Shown here piece after piece: positions 29,189 through 41,307 of a DNA stretch of 64,000 nucleotides. The notes under the pieces were generated by a model. That model ran no database searches, was not told where the DNA came from, and worked only from the letters and a program-made list of their open reading frames with translations. Each line of letters starts with the position of its first letter. The first letter of the stretch is position 1. The translations under genes and the position numbers were made by a program. Source of the DNA: Selaginella moellendorffii (lineage: Eukaryota; Plantae; Lycopodiophyta); contig NW_003314307.1 in NCBI RefSeq assembly GCF_000143415.4, positions 200,922-264,921 on the forward strand. Direction: 5' to 3'.

Positions 29189-32100
29189 ATGGCCGGCAAG
29201 CAGGCGCAGGGTGGAAGCCGGCAGAGGAGGATCGCGGTGGCCGCGGGGGCGGCGCTGGGCACACTGGTCGCAGCCAGGGTGCTGCTCACGCTGCTGCGCG
29301 GAGGCAAGGATCGAGGTAAGCGATGGATCTGCTTGAATGTGAGCAGAGCGCAAGGCGGCAACCCTAATACCTGAGCAGCAGCAGCAGCAGGAGGAGGAGG
29401 AGGAGGAGGATGCAAGGACATCAAGTTCCGATCCAGCCTCTCCGCCGCGGAGATCCTAAGAGCGGTGGATCACGTCATTGCAAACTCCATCCGAGTTCAC
29501 GACGCCGTCGCCGCTGTGCCCTTGGACCAGGTAACCAGCCTCATTCTTGTAGAAGCAAGCGTGACAAGCTTTTGTTTGCTTGCTTGGGAGTCAGGTGACC
29601 TACGAGTCGGTGATTGAGCCCCTGGAAAGGCTGGAAGCTGACGAGTTCATGGCTGTTCAGTCGTGCGTCTTCCCGAGTCTGGTGAATCCGGCGAGAGACG
29701 TCCGTGATGCCAGCGTCAAAGCCGAGAAGATGTTTGAGGCATACAACGCCAAATGCAGGTTGCCTCGTACCTATGCATTCCTTGTGCTCACGCTGTTTCG
29801 CGATGAGCAGGCTTCGGGAGGACGTGTACCGCGTTGTCAAGGCCTATGCTGAGAAGAAAGAGGACCTGCCGCCTGAAACTCTGCGTTTTGTCAACCATCT
29901 GGTACTCATCAAAAGCTTGCTTACTCCCTCCCACCGAAGTCTGCCCATGCAGGTCAGGGATTACGAGAGGCTTGGGCTGCACCTGGCTCCCGAAATGAGA
30001 TCCGAAGTCGACAAGATCAAGAAAACTATCGGGGAACTCTGCATCACCTTCCAGAAAAACCTCGCGCAGCTCAATGAGGTTCTACTGTTCAACGAGGATG
30101 AGCTTGCGGGTTTACCGATAACGTTTGTTAAGGTTTGTAGACACGTCTCCGTTGCCGCCTTGATATGACACCTTTTTGCGTCCTGTTTTCTCTTTTTCCT
30201 TCACTTTTAGAACTTGGAGAAGGGCAAGCATGGCAAGCTCAAGCTTCCCCTCGATGCTCGCTACTACTTCCCAGTCATGCAGAATTGCAAGGTTGGGCTG
30301 AATGTCTGTAATGCTTTCTCTCTAAACCGGTTCTTCTCATCCCTAGGTAGGAAGCACGCGCAAGGCATTGGCAGTGGCATATGATAAACGTTGCATCGCA
30401 GAAAATCTTCCAATCTTCCACAACGTGGTTCGTGCATGAATTCTTCACGATCGCTTATGCCTGGACCTTTCCAGGTGAAGCTACGTCATCGGCTGGCTCG
30501 CCTGCTTGGTTATCCTAATCATGTGGAGTACGTGACCTCCAGCCGTATGGCCAAGAGTTTTACCAACGTAGGAAACTAGAAGCTATAATACCTTCTTCAT
30601 GGCTCACCTGGTTTCGCTTCAGGTAAAGAACTTCCTCCTCAGCCTTTCGGCAAAGATGTCGTCAGTTGCAGCAGCAGAGTTGAACAAGCTTCGGGCTCTA
30701 AAGGTCTGCCATATGCATTTTCTTAACGGTCTCTAAAGTTTTATCACTGTAGAAAGCCGAGGAAGGGGGAGAGGAGTTTGGTATGGAAGATCTTCTATAC
30801 TATATGCATAGAGTTGAAGAGCTCGAGTTTCAAGCAATCACGGAAAAGATCAGAGAATATTTTCCCGTGGAGGTTGTTACCAATGGTCTCTTCCAAATAT
30901 ATCAGGAGCTGTTTGGTATATCTTTCTGGTTAATTTTTGTTGTGTTTGTCATTTGAGTTTTCAGGTCTTACTTTCGAAGAAATCAAGGAGGAGCGGGGAG
31001 CGTGGGATCCAGATGTGCGGCTCTTTGCCGTTAGCGATACAGATGCGAAGAAGACAATTGGCTATTTCTACCTCGATATTTATCACAGGTATTTCCATTC
31101 TGCTCTACTATGTATCATGAGAGTTTGTTTGCTTATCTCATCCTCCGGCTGTAGGGATGGAAAGTACTCGCATGCCTGCGTGTGTCCTCTTCAGCCCTCC
31201 TCTACTCGCAGCGGTCAGGTAGGAGCATTGACTGGAGAGATTGAATTTTGGGAATGAGCTCAGTTCTACTGTCTAGCTGCCAGTCGCGGCTATGCTTGCG
31301 AACTTCAGGAGAGGACATGCTGCCCTGCTGAGTTATCCAGAAGTGGAGACTTTCTTTCACGAATTCGGTCACGTGGCAAGTACTTGTGCTATTCCCTTCG
31401 CTCTCCCTTTCTTAAACATGTTTATATTGCAGATGCATCACATTTGCAGCCGTCCATCGTTCGCCAGATTTTCCGGTCTCCGGGTCGAGGATGATTTCGT
31501 GGAAGCTCCCAGCAAAATGCTCGAAAAGTGGTAGGCCGACTATGGATGTCTCGTTTGCTCACGTCTGTTGACACAGGTGCTCTGAAAAGTCGTCATTGAA
31601 GCGTATGAGTGGCTTCTATAAGGTGGTGATTTTCGTCGAGCTCATGAAGCTTGCTAATTGATATTCGTAGACTCCTGCAGGACACTAGAGAACCTGTCCC
31701 GGACAGCTTTTGCGAGTTACTAGTGCGAAAGAAGAAGACCCATGCCGGGCTTCTGACGAAAAGGCAGATCTTGCTAGGTACATATAACTCGCTACTCATT
31801 TCTGTCTGTTTGATGATGCTTTCGTTTTTTTTTTTTTTCCCGCGGCAGCATTGTTCGATTTGATCGTGCACTCAAGCGACCAATTCGATACTGTTTCCGT
31901 TCTCGAGCAGCTCCACACCCAGGTTAGCCACTAGCTCTGTCTTGTTTCTCTTTGTCACGTGAACGAGAGTCCAGGTAATGGAAGGGATCCCGATGCTGGA
32001 AGGGACGGACTTGAGCGCATCGTTTACACATCTCATGGGCGGGTATGACGGCACTTACTACAGCTACTTGTGGAATCAGGTGAAGGAGTGGGAAAAATCA

Positions 32101-32371
32101 GTCGGTCGTCTTGTGCGTTTAACATGCTTGCACAGGTTCTCTCCGAAGACATGTTTGAGAGTGGCTTTGCTGGTGAAGTGAGCAACTTTTCGGCAGGCAA
32201 GGAGTTTCGGGACAAGGTACGAGGAAAGGCGTTGCGGATTGTGGTAACGTTGTTTGTGATCCCCAGGTGTTGGTGCCAGGGGCGAGCAAGGACGCAGCGG
32301 AGCTTGTGCATGGTTTTCTGGGGCGAGAACCATCGTTAAGCGCGTTTGTGAAAAGTAGGGGACTTAAATGA
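29189..32371 (+). CDS. M3-family metallopeptidase (thimet oligopeptidase/neurolysin-like), multi-exon
   Basis: [26 protein letters not shown] zinc motif, [28 protein letters not shown]. The N-terminus has a hydrophobic segment. Confidence 0.9.
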
Positions 32372-32515
32372 TAAAATCTATGGCTGTCCTACTTAGGTCT
32401 TATTGAAGTGGTCTGAGCAGCGCGTGGAGAGCAAAAACAGGGGTTTTGGGCCATGTGAGAGGAGAGAGCGGGGTAGAGTGCGCGCTGTGCAGCGGCGCCA
32501 CCATCCATACGTATT

Positions 32516-34140
32516 ATGGCATCCTCGTCTTCCCCATCGCCCGGTAAGCAGTGGCCGCCAGGGTTTAGATTCCGCCCCACGGATCAGGAGCTTGTGGGCT
32601 TCTATCTGGCGCGAAAGGTGTCGGGGCGCAGCATCCAGGCCAACATAATTGCCGAGGTGGATCTCTACAAGTGCGAGCCATGGGACTTGCCTGGTATGTA
32701 CTGCATAGTCGAGCTTAGCTCCTTCCTTCCGCTCCGCTCACCCATCGTCTGTGCTCACACAGGGAAATCGTATGTGACGGATGTGGAGTGGTACTTCTTT
32801 AGCCCTCGCGACAGGAAGTATCCCAATGGCTGGCGGACTAACCGGGCCACCGAAGCTGGCTACTGGAAGGCGACTGGAAAGGACCGAACTGTGCGCTCGG
32901 GATCTCGCGACATCGGTATGAAGAAGACGCTGGTTTTCTACACCGGCAGGGCGCCCCACGGCCAGAGGACGGACTGGATTATGCACGAGTACCGACTGGA
33001 CGAGGATGATCGCAAGTGCTCGGTAAGTCCACAGAAAAACACCCTATGTCTCTCAAAGCTGACACCCTCCTCCCAGTATGCGCAGGACGCATTCGTTGTT
33101 TGCCGGGTGTTTAGGAAGTCGACTGCCAAGAAGGAGGAGGAGAACGTCCCATGCTATCCGGAGGGGGATTCGTTCTTCTCGCTAGACAATGAGACGGCCG
33201 ACAATGAAACAGCCGAGGTGGAGGTTGCCGCGGAGACGGAGGTGGCGTCCGTGGAGACTACGACCAACACAGAGGTTGCAAAGGAAGAGGCACCGGGCGG
33301 AAACGATGAGCTCGATGCCTTCCTTGCCATGCTTTTGGACGAGCCAGTTCCTGACCTGGCACAGGTGACGGACTGAAAGCTTGCCAGGGCCATGCTGACT
33401 TGTGGATTGATTGATTGCAGGTGATGGATTACCCAGACAGGAACCCTGGAGAGCTGTCTTTTGCTGATCCCGAGGGTATCCTGGAACAGATTGACCAGCC
33501 AGAAGATCTGATGAAGGTTTTGGCTGAAGACGACTTTATCGAGCTTGGTGACTTCTCCAATCTCGAGGACAAGTACGATCAAGGCGCGGGTGACTGTATT
33601 GTGGACGCGCCGTCAAAGGTGAGGAGCATGTTAGGCAAGTGGGACGCATTTTAACATGGGCTGTGCTGCCAGCATCTGACGTCCAACTGGAGGGAAGCCG
33701 ACGAGCACAGTTTGCTGGTCATGGACGACCCCTGCCTGCCAGGAGGTGGCGACTATTACCTGGCTAATGGTGACGATAGCGAGGAAGGAGGAGACAGGGG
33801 TCCATTGAAGAAGATCTTGAGTCTGCTTGGGTCGGTTCAGGTTCTTCCGGCCTCGGCAGCAGAGCACCCAGACAAGGAGAAGCTGCTTGTGAGGGGATCG
33901 TCGTCGACAGTGGCAGCCACAACAATGAACGTTCGTGTGACTGTCAAGATGATCTCGCCCAAGCGGAAGCAGGCTGCTGGTGCCGTGGTGCAGCGACAAG
34001 ACAAGGCCAAGGGTGGTCGCTATGGGGGAAACCTCTTGTTTGTCTTCCTGGTGGGATCACTGACGGCCCTGTTTTGGATGCTGGTGCTGCCGGGCATGAC
34101 GGGATTGACAAGCCACTTTGAATCTACGCTCTCGCAATAG
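32516..34140 (+). CDS. Membrane-tethered NAC transcription factor (NTL; ANAC017/ANAC053-like), multi-exon
   Basis: NAM domain (PPGFRFRPTDQEL, WYFFSPRDRKYPNG, GYWKATGKDR, TDWIMHEY), an acidic region, and a C-terminal TM segment LLFVFLVGSLTALFWMLVL. Confidence 0.9.
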
Positions 34141-34193
34141 CCACGCTTGCTAATGTGTAAAAGCCACAAACACTTGCGTTTTATTATAAACCC

Positions 34194-36885
34194 ATGGCCT
34201 GTATGTTAGGCACAACCATTCCAGCGTCTCACTCGTCCTCCTCCTCGGCATGGCTGCAGAGATGCGTCCAATGCCCTCCTCGCCGAGCGCGCCCATCCTC
34301 GCGTCGTGTTGGTGCCCGTGCTGCTGCTGCTGCTGCTGGTGTTGGTGTTGCCGGGGTGGAGGAGCAGCAAGGCGAGCAGCTCAAGTGGGTGCGGCGGAGC
34401 CACTACTGTGGCGAGGTGAGTGAGGCGGAGATTGGGCTGAGGGTGCGCATTTGTGGCTGGGTTGCGCTCCGTCGCGACCATGGCGCCGTCACATTCATCA
34501 ACGTTCGCGACCACACGGGAATGGTGCAGGCGAGCAGCTGCATTGTCATCTTTCCATTTCTTATACGTAAGCTTCATGCCAGGTTGCGGCGGCGGAGGCT
34601 AGTAGCGGAGCACAGGCGGTGGCGGAAAGGCTGAGAATAGAGTACGTGGTAGCGGTGGAGGGAACAGTGCGCTCGCGGCCTCAGGGTGCCGCCAACACAA
34701 ATTTGAAGACTGGAAGCGTCGAAGTATTCTCTTGTCCTCCTTCGCATATGGTTTTGATCGTGCTTTGCCTCAGATCATCGCGGACAAGGTTGAGGTGCTC
34801 AACCCCGTCAGCTTGAACCTTCCTTTCTTGGTCACGCCCCTCGACCAGTCCAAAAACGTCATCTCCGAGGAAGTTCGTCTGAGGTAAACTGCTTGTTGGG
34901 CCAGCCAGTGCTTCCAAGGCACGCATGTTTGCGTTTGTAGATACCGACACCTGGACTTGCGGCGCCCCCAGCTGAATGCCAACCTCAGGCTCCGCCACCG
35001 CATCGTTAAGCTCATGAGACGTTACTTGGAAGACGTCCACGGCTTTGTCGAGGTTGGCTTGAGCTTGCGATTTTGATGGACGGCTAGAGCTTGCAATGCA
35101 GGTGGAGACACCGATACTGTCGAGATCCACTCCCGAAGGAGCGCGAGATTACCTGGTGCCATCGCGAGTGCAGGTGAATCAGTGATTGCAGCCTGCGTGA
35201 CTAACTTGGGAGGAAAAAAAATATGATGCAGCCAGCCACTTTCTACGCTCTTCCGCAGAGCCCGCAGCTGTTCAAGCAGATGCTCATGGTGTCTGGTTTC
35301 GATAGATACTTTCAGTTTGCAAGGTATCATATACGTGTGCGTGGCTCACTCACTTGCGTGCATTTCCAACAGGTGTTTCAGGGACGAGGATCTTAGAGCC
35401 GACCGTCAACCCGAGTTCACGCAGCTCGACATGGAGCTTGCATTCACACCGCTGGAAGATATGCTCGAGCTCAATGAGGACCTCATCAGGCTTGTAAGTG
35501 CTACCATCGGTTAAGTGCTCGCCTCACTCGCTCGGATGCCAGGTTTTCCGGGAGATTAAAGGCGTAGAACTTCCGGATCCCTTTCCACGGCTCACGTATG
35601 CCGAGGCCATGTCCAAGTATGGTTCAGACAAGCCTGATACACGCTTCGGAATGCAACTCGTCGAGGTACGTCAAACTTGGAAGCTTTAATACGCGTCTTA
35701 AAGGAAACAACAGCTGTCGGATGTGTTTGAAAAATCGAGCTTTGCTCCGTTTGCCACAGCCATCAGCGAAGGCGGTGTTGTCAAGGCAATAACAGTGTGT
35801 GGCGGCGGCAAGTCGATCACAGCCACCCGGTTGAAGAAGGGGGACATATATCAAGAAGCAGTCAGATGCGGTGCTAAAGGCCTGCCTTTTCTCAAGGTGG
35901 CCGAAGGAGGTATCTCTCTATTCCATTCATCCATGTACGAAAAAGCTGGCTTTCTGTGCAGGAGAGGTGGAAGGCAGCACAGCGCTCAAGTCGAGCTTGT
36001 CTTGTCCTGAGACGAGAGACAACTTTCTGGCCAAATGTGACGCAAAGCCTGGGGATGTGATTATCTTTGCAAACGGGCCTACATCGCTCGTCAACGCGAC
36101 GCTCGGCCGACTGCGAACGCTTATTGCCGAGACAAGTGACAACCTCATCGACAAGGTGTGACGCATTCCCGATTTGATCGCGACTGAACTCGTGGTTGCA
36201 GAGCCGCAATGACATTCTTTGGATCACTGATTTTCCTATGTTCGAGTGGAACGATACGGAAAAGCGACTTGAGGTAAGCTGATGCTCACTAGCTAGTTTA
36301 CGTACGTCCTTCCGCCAGGCGCTCCACCATCCATTCACCGCTCCGAGGCCAGAAGACATGAAGGATCTCAGCTCTGCTCGTGCTCTTGCTTACGACATGG
36401 TCTACAACGGCGTGGAAGTAAGTGATATCCTGCTGTCGGCTTACTGAAATGCTGGCTGCAGATTGGGGGTGGAAGCTTGAGGATTCACAGGCGTGACGTG
36501 CAGCAAAAGGTGCTCGAGGCATCCGGTTTGAGCGCTCAAGAGGTTCTAGAAATCTTTTCTGTTTGTAGTTAGTGACTCCATCTGAAGTCGTGTCCAGGCG
36601 GAAGATAAGTTTGGCTATTTGCTGGAAGCATTAGAGCTGGGTGCTCCTCCGCATGGTATCGTTGATCTTGCTGTTCTAAATAAGTGACGAGAATGAATGG
36701 CAGGAGGAATCGCGTATGGTGTGGACCGGCTGGTAATGCTGCTTGCGGGAGAGAAATCGATAAGGGATGTGATTGCCTTTCCAAAGACGACGGCTGCTCA
36801 CTGCTCCCTCACAAGAACACCATCTACAGTTGATCCCAGGCAGCTCCAGGAGCTTCGGCTGCAATGCACCATTGCACATCCATAA
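34194..36885 (+). CDS. Organellar (bacterial-type) aspartyl-tRNA synthetase, multi-exon
   Basis: [80 protein letters not shown], with a transit-like N-terminus. Confidence 0.93.
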
Positions 36886-37028
36886 TTTATTTTTCGTTTT
36901 CATTTTTTCTGCTTTTGTTGCAGCACCGATGTACGTGGCGCCCTGCATGGCTTCAAGTGTTGCTTTATTAAATCTGGTTTTTCTTGCAGTTCGCTGCCTT
37001 GTATTTTCTTGGTGCGAGAGAAAAGAAG

Positions 37029-37857
37029 ATGAAGGCAGTGGCGGTCCTGTTGGGTAGCGAGGTGGGCGGGGTGGTGCATTTCAGCCAGGAGAACGAAGGT
37101 AAAGAAAAGCCCATTCCACAAATGTGATGGAGTGAGTGACTGCTTCTCCAGGTGCGCCGTCCACTATCACGGGCGAGGTCACCGGTTTGAGCCCGGGCAA
37201 GCATGGATTCCACGTCCACGCGCTGGGTGATACCACCAACGGGTGCAACTCCACGGGTAGAGCCGTTCTGTTTGAGCGATCCCGAGCGAGCATGTATGTT
37301 GCTTACAGGTCCACATTTCAATCCCACCAACAAGGAACACGGTGCTCCCGAGGACGACACCAGGCATGTTGGTGACCTTGGCAACCTCACTGCAGGCGAC
37401 AGCGGTGAGTAGCTTGCTTGCCTTTGCTCATGGATGGATGGATGGATGCCCGATCGACCCAAGCTCTCACACTTTTGGGTTTGCTTGCTACGCCAGGAAA
37501 GGTGGAGATTTCTATCAAAGACAGCCAGGTAGTCGTAGCAAAGAGGATCATCCCATGCCATGGTATTAACTTGGATGATGATGCAGATAAAGCTGTGCGG
37601 GCCGCATTCCATCATTGGCAGGGCAATTGTGGTGCATGCCGACCCGGATGATCTCGGCAAAGGTATAGATATATATACGATCTTCGAGTGCCTGTTGTTT
37701 GTGCAACTGTGTCTTGCAGGTGGTCACGAGCTGAGCAAGGAAACTGGTAATGCGGGTGCAAGAGTTGCTTGTGGTAAGCGCTTATATCTTATGGAAAAAG
37801 CTGGCATGGTAAAGACTAGGCTCTTGTGATGCAGGGATAATTGGGCTAGAAGCTTAG
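37029..37857 (+). CDS. CSD1: Cu/Zn superoxide dismutase, cytosolic type, multi-exon
   Basis: [62 protein letters not shown]. Confidence 0.93.
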
Positions 37858-38057
37858 GCTCGGTGGTTTTTCTGTTCTCTCGGTGCTGGTTACTGTGAAC
37901 AATTGGCATTCTAGGCTTGTTTCTTTAGTTGATCTCGAAACACTAATCCACTACGCCACCATGCTATCATTTGAAACCAATTAGCGAGAGAAATATCTCG
38001 TGAATCGCGACAAGAGCCCGTGTTGCGACTCGAGCATTCATAAGCTCATGAATCTCC

Positions 38058-38989
38058 ATGGCCGCTATCGGGCGTGATTTGGCGGCGTTTAGCATCGTTG
38101 GTAGCAGCCGCTTTGTGGAGGGCAAGAGGTCGTGGTTCCAGACTGCGGGAATTCCAGGGACGCCGCACCGGAATGTCGCGTGTGCCGGGATCCAGGTGGA
38201 TCGAAAGCGGCATCTAGAGGAATCTCTCAAGCGCCAGGAGGTGAGTGCGTGTGCGTGCGTGTGATCGATCACAAAAGTATAAACAAGCAGCCAGGAAGCG
38301 GATGCACGACGAGCTGAGGCGGAGATCTCGTGCCCCGTGGACTGCGTCACCGTAGTAAGCAACCTGCAGGAATTCGATGCCATTTTGGAGCGCGCCCGAG
38401 AGGAGCACGATCTGGTTCGCAGTCCATGCCTTCCTTGGAGCGCTTGTCAATCCTCTCTCCATTAGGTGGTGGTGGATTTCTACAACACCTCGTGCGGTGC
38501 TTGCAAGTACATGCTACCCCAATTCGTGAAGCTGTGCAAACGGGTGAGTGACTACCACCGCTATTGCGAAGAAACAAGCTGTGTCTAGACAGGCAGGGTT
38601 GCAGCAGTGACGAGTGCGTAGCAGATCCCGAGGATGACGATGAGCACAGCGATGAGAGGCAGATTGTGTTTGTCAAGCACAACGTTCTGGATGATTACGA
38701 CGAACTCACGGTAGGCTAGCTGGGAAAGAGTGATTTCACCTCGTTTGCTCGCAACCTCTGCAGGACCTGGCCGAATTCTACTCCGTTTCCTCCGTTCCCT
38801 TGTTTGCAATCTTTCAGGTAAGGGAGGGGGGCTCTTGTATCTCTCGCTTCTAATCTCTCGCGCGAGCAGGACGGTTGCCTAGTCGACAAGTTCGCCACCC
38901 GAGATAAGCATCGACTCGAGCGAGCAGTCTGTCAACTCCTCCACGCCAAAACCACCCCACAGGAAGGCGACGACACCCAAACCAGTTGA
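38058..38989 (+). CDS. Thioredoxin-like protein (chloroplast TRX-like 4/Lilium type, CGAC site), multi-exon
   Basis: VVDFYNTSCGACKY, IVFVKHNVLDDYDE, FATRDKHRLE. Confidence 0.8.
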
Positions 38990-41236
38990 TCACTTCTTCG
39001 TCTTATCCAGTATCTCAATAAACTTCTTTGGAATCCCATACTGTTGCACTAGATGCTTCCCAAGGTTTTCTATGACGCCACCCTGAACGAGTATCTCCTT
39101 CTCGCCTTTCTTCCCTGCATACATCCCAAACAACCGGAGTTGGGCGGCGAGGCAAACAAGTACCTAAATACAAAGCGGACAAACTTACCAGGGACTTCGG
39201 CCAACGATGTGCTGCACGCAAACTTTTTCTGGAGCTCCGCTGCTAGCGCATCTGGATCCACCAAAAACGATTCGAGGCCCGACACCCGAGTCACTTTCTT
39301 GTTTCCTTGCCTCCGCTCCGTTATTATCTGTGCACATCTCAGTGCTCCCTTTCGAACCACGGACTTGCCTTCTCTGGTCACCTTGTGATGTGCTTGCATC
39401 CGGCCCAGGAATGTGGCACCGAGGTCCCTTTTCAAGACCTCCGACGGGTACGACGAGCCCTTCTTCACAGCTCCTTTGAACAAAGCGTCGCATAAGACGG
39501 CATCCAGTGCCACCACCGCCTTGTTGTCTGGTTTCACCAAGCTTTCCTTGTCCACGTACGAAAACACCACCTCACTTGCCTCGGCCGCGGTGTAAAACTT
39601 GGCTGCATCGGCTCCCACAGCATTCAATATGGGTGCCACATGGTGAGTAGGCTTCCACACCTCCACGGCTTCAAACGGACTTTGCACGCTCTCGTTTGCG
39701 CTCTTCGAATCTGGTGTGGTATGTTCAGAGGTAGCCACCTTCTTCTCGGGCTTGAACTCCTGGTATAGCGCATGGCTTCTGTTTACGCTGCACAACAAGA
39801 TTTCCTTACGAGGCTTGCTCTCCTTCGCTACTATCTGCAAGAAATCAGTCAGCATGCCTGGAAACACACGAAGCTATCATATACCGACCAAGCCGCTGGC
39901 AGATTTGGTTTGAAGCCATTTTGACAACTTCTTGTGCGAAGATTTCTTGATGTCTACCGTGCTACCTGCAGGCCTGGCAGGAAGAATGTGCCCTGACCTA
40001 CATGCAGCACAAGCATTAGCTAAAACAGAGAGGATAAAATGCTTACCAAAGAATGCTTGCAGGAATGGGTAGATCCTTGTCCTTGACGGTCGTATGCAGG
40101 GCCTGCAGTAAGCACCTGTCGAGTAGCAAGTCCATCTCCTCGGTGCTTATACCCGTTGAAGTTCCAACCTCAATGCTGCTACACTCCTCGTCAGCTTCTT
40201 CGGCAGCCGATGTATCCGGTGCTAGCTTCAAGTCCTTGACATCCACAGCCACATATTCTGGCCCCGTTACTTGATAGATTTCGGTCCCATCGTCACCACT
40301 ATTGGCAACACCTTGTTCTTGTTCTTGCTCGTGTTCTTGGTCTTGTTCGTCTACACCTTGAGCACCGCCTTCACCATCGCCCCCCTGCTGGCTGGTGGAT
40401 GGATCTTCCGAAATCATGCCCTCCGAGAAACCCGCATTGGGAACGTATCTTCCCTCAGCCGAGCTCCTGTTTGAAACACAATCGGCAGCACCAAATACCT
40501 TTTCAGCGACAAAACTTCAAACTCTAAAAGCTTTACTTACCAGAGCGTATCAGGGTAGAAATGCAAAATGCGAAGGGCCTTGCCGCGATAGCCAGCTTTC
40601 TTAGCCGCGGTACTACTCATGGCCGTCGTTCCAACCTGCAGACGAGTGAAAATCGTTGGATGGACTGAAAATAAAGGAAGAACAAGACTTACAGCAATGG
40701 GCCAGTCATTTCCCGGCACCTTTACAACCCACGGCTGGCCTGCCTCAAACTCTGGCAAGCCTTCCGGGGGTATAGTGATGCCAGGAAACATAAGATCGGC
40801 ACCACCAACAACGTAGCGCGAGACTTCAGCACCCTTGAGAATAAAAGCTGGGAGGAGCGATGGTAGCTTCCACAGGGCATACACTGCAAGAGGAAGCATG
40901 TCTGAATTGGCACATCAATCGAGGAAGCTCAACCTGTTGGAAAGACTTCACCATCGACATCGAACAGCATTGGCGGCCCTCCATCCACGACGTAGACATG
41001 GAGGCGATTGGGATTGGCGAGCTTCGCCACGGTGACATCGGCCTGGCGTAGCGATTTGCATTGAGTAGCCGTCGGAGGAGATGGATGCAGGAGAGGCTTA
41101 CCTTGGCCGGCAGGATGGCTTCGATGTGCGCGTCAGTGGCGTGGCCGAATCGCTCGCAAATGCTGCGACGCAGCTTCTTGCGATCGGCGCCAGAGAGGCG
41201 CTGCTGCGCCTTGACCTCGCTCGCCTTCTTGAACAT
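38990..41236 (-). CDS. EIF2D: Eukaryotic translation initiation factor 2D (ligatin): PUA, SWIB and SUI1 domains, multi-exon
   Basis: MFKK..QQRLSGADRKKLRR, GGADLMFPG, DIKKSSHKKLSKWL, ERRQGNKKVTRVSGLE, QKKFACSTS, EILVQG. Confidence 0.92.
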
Positions 41237-41307
41237 CCCTCGCTCTCTCCTCTCTATAGATATGAACCCTACCAAGCCTAGTTAAGATCATAGAACATAC
41301 AGATGGT

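Noticed and set aside
30915-30965. Possible U12-type intron (GTATATCTTT donor)
   Set aside because: It does not match the RTATCCTT consensus and I see no convincing U12 branch point.
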